A stretch of DNA of 63,749 nucleotides, counting the filler, from Reclinomonas americana ATCC 50394 (Eukaryota): NCBI GenBank assembly GCA_048213135.1. It is 16 parts of 16 records of this genome, joined end to end, with 100 filler letters (N's around TTAATTAATTAA, not from the genome) between each part and the next. Parts side by side here need not be neighbours in the genome. Positions count along the whole stretch, not along the records: positions 56,517 to 58,853 come from AFZH01020709.1; positions 58,954 to 60,383 come from AFZH01020710.1; positions 60,484 to 63,749 come from AFZH01020711.1; 13 more parts are not named here. One strand, 5' to 3'. Both the position numbers and the translations under genes were made by a program. Shown here piece after piece: positions 57,632 through 63,749 of this stretch (position 1 is its first letter; each line of letters begins with the position of its first letter). The notes below the pieces were generated by a model. That model did not search any database. It was not told the DNA's origin and was given only the letters and a program-made list of their open reading frames with translations.

Positions 57632-60600
57632 GGTGGAGTGTGGAGAGTGGAGAATGGAGAATGGAGGGTGGAGGGTGGAGAGTGGAGGGTGGAGAGTGGA
57701 GGGTGGAGGGTGTGGAGTGGACAGTGGAGGGTGGAGGGTGGAGGATTGAGGGTGGAAATTAAGTGTTCAGGGTGGATAGTGGAGTGAGGTAGTCGATGTG
57801 AGATTGGAGTGCGGTGATGAAGAGGGAATGCTGTCGTTTGTGGACACAGGTCACGTGTATTGGCCAGGGCTCAGAGAATGAGAGCGATGACGTTGGAACC
57901 GAAAGTAAGACAAGAAATTAGGAGGTGGAGAGTTGTCATCGTCTCGGCTCGTGCAAGATCAGAAAGCGAGTAGCGAGAGAGATGTTGAGCCACAGAAGTT
58001 GGGGATTGGTGCCAAAAGTGTGGGAGTAAGGATTAAAGCAGACCAAGGGTTCAGCGAGACACATGTTCGGCAAGAGTGGAGAGGCGCATCGCCTTACGGC
58101 TGCTGAATCTCTTGTCCCCCCTCTTTCCCCTCGTACAGGAATACACGCAACACCTGCACCGCCTGCAACGCTCGATCCGCGGCATTGGCAATCCATTGGT
58201 GGCCGCCTACGCCCACGCCTACCTGGCCAAGAAGGGCACCGAGTTGAACCCGGACGCGCTGCAGAATTTGGTGGACTCGTACGACGACATTATGCACATT
58301 ACGCAGCGCCAGTGGAACCACGTGTCGATCCAGACCATGCTCAATCAGATTGAGATGACGCAGGTCGAGTACATTGATTTGTACTCGCCTGCGCTTGGCT
58401 GGGTGCTCGGATGCTACGGCGCGCTCACACCACCGGTATGTTCTAGGAGAGGAAGGGGGTGAAGGATGAGCGTGGCAATCATTTCTTGACACGCAGGGCT
58501 CGCTGCGCGGAGTGCTGGAGACCTACAACCAGAAGAACCACGTGGCCATTTTCCTGCAGCACATTATCGCCTCGTTCCCCGCCGACGAAGTGGCGTTGTC
58601 TGCCGAGGTCATTTGCCGGATGATTGCGGAGTCGGATGAGTCGTCACCAAAGGTGTGTTGGAGGGAGACAAGAGTGTTTTTTCGAAGTGATTGGTCACTT
58701 TCTCTCATCTTCCTCTCGCTGCGCTCTCTCTCGTCTCGCTGCGCTCTCTCCCGTCTCGCTGCGCTCTCTCCCGTCTCGCTGCGCTCTCTCCCGTCTCGCT
58801 GCGCTCTCTCCTCTCGCTGCTGCGCTCTCTTCTCTCGCTGCTGCGCTCTCTTCNNNNNNNNNNNNNNNNNNNNNNNNNNNNNNNNNNNNNNNNNNNNTTA
58901 ATTAATTAANNNNNNNNNNNNNNNNNNNNNNNNNNNNNNNNNNNNNNNNNNNNCCTCCTGTGACCCAGTTCCGCCTGCCGATCCTCAACCTGGCCTGGAA
59001 GATCATCTCCGATGTGCAGGAACTCAATTTGTACGCTACTGGCGCCTCGGTGTACGTCGAGTACGTGGTCAAGTGCTTTGGGGTGCGTTGAAGTCTGTGT
59101 CTCTCTTTTTACCCTGTTTTCCTGCTCTCATCACTGTCACTCAATCGCAGGAGCGTGAAATCAACATTCTGCTGAACGACATTCGGAGACACATTCAGAA
59201 GGAGGACGTGAACGATCACATTGACGAGTGCATCTTCCGCATCGGGCAAGTGATTCTCGAGGCACCGAAGTTGACATTTGAGGCAGCCTTTAACTTGGTT
59301 CGTCTCCCCTGTTTCTTCCCTTCACCTTGCACCTTCCGTCCCCTCACTCCCCTTGCGCAGGAGAGCTTCATGCCCTGCATGAACCTGCTGAAGGGCGACC
59401 TGAAGCGCGAATTCAGCAAGCTGGTGCTTCGCGCGTTCGCCAAGCAGCCGACGGCCGATCCGGAGGTGGTCAACTCGCTGGTGTCGGTGGCACGCACGCT
59501 GCACGACTCGGTGACGAGCCTCACGTCGGTCGACGAATCGCGCCAGATTATCATGCTGCTGATTCACTTTATTCGCAATGTTGCGTTTGACGCCGCCGTC
59601 TTACATAACTGCAGTGAGGGTACTCACGCATGTCGCCACAGGTCAAGTTCACCAAGGACTTTGAGCAGCAACTCAACTTTTACGTCGAGTGCCGCCGCAA
59701 CTTTTCCAATCTCGACCGCGTGGTGGAGGAGCTGGTGGTGCTGGTGTCGTCGCTGGCCATGACCACACTGACAGTGGTCAAGGGTCGCCACACGAAGCGC
59801 ACCACGGGTTTCGTCAAGGGCTGCGTGGCGTTCCTGCACATTACCATTCCGTCGCTGGAGTCGTCGTTGACGCGTCTGCGGTTGTACACGCTGGCGGGTG
59901 AGGTGGCGCTGTTGAATCAGCTGTTGCCGCAGGCTGATGCGCTGTATCGGGTGGCTATTACCACGGTGGCGGAGGTGGCGGCCATGGAGGGTGTGTAGGG
60001 GGATAAAGGGAAAGGGGATGAAGGGGGAAGGGAGAAGGGAGAAGGGAGAAGGGGGAAGGGGATGAAGGGGAAGGTGGGAAGGGGGGAGGGCGAAGGAGAG
60101 AGGGATTGGAGTGGAGAGGGGGAAGGGAGAAGGGGGGAAGTGAGAAGGGGAATAAGGAAGTGAGTGGAGTGGAGAGGGAAAGGGAGTGGAGTGGAGTGGA
60201 GTGGAGTGGAGTGGAGTGGAGTGGAGAGGAGTGGAGTGGAGTGGAGTGGAGTGGAGTGGAGTGGAGTGGAGTGGAGTGGAGTGGAGTGGAGTGGAGTGGA
60301 GTGGAGAGGACAGGGAGTGGGAGAGGAGAGGAGAGGAGTGGGAGTGGAGTGGAGTGGAGTGGAGTGGAGTGGAGTGGAGTGAGNNNNNNNNNNNNNNNNN
60401 NNNNNNNNNNNNNNNNNNNNNNNNNNNTTAATTAATTAANNNNNNNNNNNNNNNNNNNNNNNNNNNNNNNNNNNNNNNNNNNNGAGTGGAGTGGAGTGGA
60501 GTGGAGTGGAGTGGAGTGGAGAGGACAGGAGTGGAGAGGAGAGGAGAGGAGTGGAGTGGAGTGGAGTGGAGTGGAGTGGAGTGGAGTGGAGTGGAGTGGA

Positions 60601-62491
60601 GTGAAGTGGAGTGGAGTGGAGTGGAGTGGAGTGGAGTGGAGTGGAGAGGACAGGAGTGGAGAGTGGAGTGGAGTGGAGTGGAGTGGAGTGGAGAGGAGAG
60701 TGAAAGGAGTATGGCAGTGGAGTGGAGTGGAGTGGAGTGGAGAGTGGAGGGGAGTGGAGTGGAGAGTGGAGGGGAGAGTTGAGTGGAGTGGAGAGTGGTG
60801 TTAAGCAGTGGAGTGGTTTTGTGGTGCTGCGTTGAGCAGAGTGGTGTTTAGTGGTGTTGAGTTAAATTGAGTTGAGTTTAGTGGAGTTTAGTGGAGTGAG
60901 AGTGAGAGTGGAGATGTGTGGAGTTTAATTCTGTGTGGTGCTAAACCGAGAGCTTGTTATTAACGTGTACCATAAGATCAGCTTGTGCTGGTCCTTGTAT
61001 TGACAAGCGAGGGGAATGGCATGTTGCTGTATGCGAGAGTGTGATCTATGTGCTCTCTTGCTTCTCCAGTTTGATTCTATTTGATTGATCTTTTCTCACT
61101 CCCGCTCACCTTCTCCTTCTTCGCAGTGGAAACCACTGGTGAGATGCGCTCCAACGAAGCCGACATGGAGGACGCTGTGGCAAACCTGTGCTCGGCGCTC
61201 GTGGTGGTGCCTGGCGATCCAGCCAATGGACCGTTCTATTTGGTCAAGGGCCTGTATGCCGTGCTGAAGGAGCTCAAGTGGTTTGTGTGATAAAGGAGAG
61301 GTATCTGTCGTGTTGCCTGTGTTCTCACTCCTTATTTGTGGCAGGGACGACGATCACAGCTGCATCATTCGGTTACTGTCGCTGATGGTGCCACTGTGCT
61401 ACACGTTCTTCCAGCGCGATCTTCCGTATCACGTGCCAGGCGGTGCGTGTTGTAGATGGAGAAAGGGAGGGAGAAAGGAGAGGGAAAAGGAGAGGGAGAG
61501 GGCGAGAGAGAGAGAGAGGGAGAGGGACGCACACAAACACACACGCGCAGAGAGACAGAGAGATAGGAAAGGTAGAGGCAGACGTTCGAGTGGGAGTGAT
61601 TAGTCTGCGTCACAAGAATAGAGAAACATGAAACGAATGACACAGGAGAACTCAGAGACACAGAAGCGGAGAGTAGGAGAGAAACTCGCAGCTGACAAGG
61701 TAGAGGCGGAGGTCGAGGGGAAGTGATAAGACTGCGTCAAAAGAACAGAGAAACATGAAACGAATGAGTATCACGGGAGAACTCAGAGACACAGAAGCGG
61801 AGAGCAGGAGAGGAACTCGCAGCTGACAAGTGTCAGAGAAGCGCAAAGTTGCAATGAAGCTCAGAGGTAGAGAGACGTGAATGGAAAGTGGAATTACGAA
61901 GACGAACTGGTTGCACCAAAGAAGACATCTCAGATCGAAAAAAGAAGTGTAAAGTAGCACGGAGCACCGTGGAGGCAGAGACAGTGGGAGAGAATGTCAC
62001 ATCAAGCGCAGAAATGGATGAAGCACAGAGAAACAAGGCGACAATCTTCGATAGTTGACAACCCTTCCTCATTTACCTCTCGCACAGTGGAATCCAATGA
62101 CACTCTCTACGACCGCGGCTCCCGCTCGCGCGAGATTGTCGCATTCGGCGTCGACCTGCTGCAATCCATCATGCAACTCGTCGAGCAAGTCAACGCCACG
62201 GACGATGTGTCGGTGCGTCACAATCTCCTCTTCCTGCCTTTATGCCATGATGCGCTTCTCACCCTCCCTCGTTTCATCGCGCGCCAGGTCGGCCGCAAGG
62301 TCGGCGTCGTGTGCTGCGGTCTCCTCGACTGCCTGTCGCACATGTCGACCATTGACGGCAACATGGTGGCCGTTCTCAATCGGTTGCTGGCCATTTGCCG
62401 CCGACGGACGTCGTTCGGACTCGACAAGCGCGTGCAGCGAATCGTGGCCTCCCTGGACCCGGCAGTGGCCGCCGCACTGACGCTATCGTGA
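55518..62491 (+). CDS. VPS35L: VPS35 endosomal protein-sorting factor-like (Retriever subunit, C16orf62)
   Basis: Spliced MSYNW|VPRL...[16 protein letters not shown]...[20 protein letters not shown]...[128 protein letters not shown]. Crosses three gaps. Confidence 0.95.
57550..57633 (+). repeat. Telomere-like heptamer array: TTTAGGG, TGTAGGG, then (TTGAGGG)10 in a VPS35L intron
   Basis: Directly counted. Confidence 0.85.
60165..60800. repeat. (GGAGT)n pentanucleotide satellite in a VPS35L intron
   Basis: Directly visible on both sides of the gap at 60384. Confidence 0.9.
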
Positions 62492-62732
62492 GCACATAGT
62501 GCGGAGTGGCGCAGTGTCGATGTCTATGTGCGCCTTCGCTCCCGTCCCCCCAAATTGATGAACAAAAACACACGCATATTCATTTCGAGTCATTAGGGTT
62601 TTGGGGTGGGGGTTTCTCCTTCTTTTTTCCTCGTCGGTCGCGCACCAGAGCACAGAAACATACAACAACAAACAGGGCGCACACTGGGCGGCAATCCGTC
62701 AACGAGGAATTGGAAACGTAGAGAGGAACAAA

Positions 62733-62894
62733 TCACGAGGGGCAGGCCTCGAACGAGGCAATGGCGGAGCGGAAGGCGTTGTGGATGTTGGCGTTGCGGC
62801 CGCACAGGGTGCCACCGCCGCGGCCGCGCTGCGACTCGTTGCGGTTGATACCGCCGACGCACCATACGTCGCCGCAGGACTTGCAGATGGCCCA
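62733..62894 (-). CDS. DNASE2: Last exon of a deoxyribonuclease II family gene (rest lies beyond the window)
   Basis: cag|WAICKSCGDVWCVGGINRNESQRGRGGGTLCGRNANIHNAFRSAIASFEACPS* matches the DNase II C-terminal pattern (HSK)W....W.C.G.INR..Q..RGGGT.C. This frame is not in the supplied ORF track. Confidence 0.88.
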   Translation of the reverse strand, partial: WAICKSCGDVWCVGGINRNESQRGRGGGTLCGRNANIHNAFRSAIASFEACPS

Positions 62895-63299
62895 CTGAGC
62901 AAGAGGGGGGGGGAAGGGAAAGGGAGGTGAGATGAGGGGAGGAGGGGGAGCAAAAGGAGAGAGAGTGGGAAGGCGAGGTGGACGAGAAGGAGGAAGAGAA
63001 AAATGAGGGAGAAGATGAGAACACGAGTGCGAGAAGAAGAGAGTTGGAGCGGGGAAATGAGCAGGATCGACGAAAAGTGGAGAATAGTGAGAGGACTGGA
63101 GAGAAAAATCACGCAGAGCATCAGAGAGCGTGAAGCGATGAGAAATGGAACCTCACTGAAGTGACTGCCTCCAATCTTCTTCAGTGTTCTATCTCTCTCT
63201 GCACATGAAGAGGAGTGCATTCGCTGCCAACGCAGATCATAAAGAATGTGCATGACGAATCACCAGGAACAGAAACAACGGAGTTTTGCAAGCAACGCG

Positions 63300-63690
63300 T
63301 GGCTCTCTGGCTTCCGCTCGCTTGCATCCTCTCTGGCTCCCGCTCGCTAGCACTCTCTCTGGCTCCCGCTCGCTTGCGGTCTCTCTGGCTCCCGCTCGCT
63401 TGCGCTCTCTCTGGCATCCGCTCGCTTGCGCTCTCTCTGGCTCCCGCTCGCTTGCGCTCTCTCTGGTTCCCACTCGCTTGCGCTCTCTCTGGTTCCCACT
63501 CGCTTGCGCTCTCTCTGGTTCCCACTCGCTTGCGCTCTCTCTGGCTCCCACCCACTTGCGCTCTCTCTGGCTCCCACCCACTTGCGCTCTCTCTGGCTCC
63601 CGCTCGCTTGCGCTCTCTCTGGCTCCCGCTCGCTTGCGCTCTCTCTGGCTCCCGCTCGCTTGCACTCTCTCTGGTCCGCTCGCTTGCGCT
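63300..63690. repeat. ~23-bp tandem repeat (ctctctctggctcccgctcgcttgcg-like), probably in a DNase II intron
   Basis: Directly visible array. Confidence 0.9.
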
Positions 63691-63749
63691 GCTGTACGCA
63701 AGCGATGTACGACAGCAGGATACGAACTGTGCACAAGAGACATCACAGA

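Overview
This is eukaryotic nuclear DNA from an intron-rich microbial eukaryote; the taxon cannot be identified from the window. GC-rich exons are separated by CT/GA-microsatellite introns, and about 15 artificial ~100-bp scaffold linkers (N..TTAATTAATTAA..N) interrupt the sequence. Manual splicing gives ten genes: ACAD10/11-like with PTS1 (+); MiaB/CDK5RAP1 (-); a ~20-kb giant HECT E3 ligase with CUB-like, PA, UBA and SPRY modules (-); a membrane-anchored purple acid phosphatase (+); a DCAF6/8-like WD40 protein (-); a LYAR-like zinc finger (+); UBE2V/Mms2 (+); an orphan with possible tandem PsbP/DcrB-like repeats (-); VPS35L (+); and the last exon of a DNase II (-). The strongest unexplained signal is a second class of 5' splice site. 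About 17 introns start GTTGCG, and all but one follow an exon whose last base is not G, whereas G-ending exons mostly use G|GTGCGT or G|GTGAGT. This looks like routine use of a +1-shifted or bulged U1 pairing register. All gene models and domain calls were made by eye, without database searches or RNA data.
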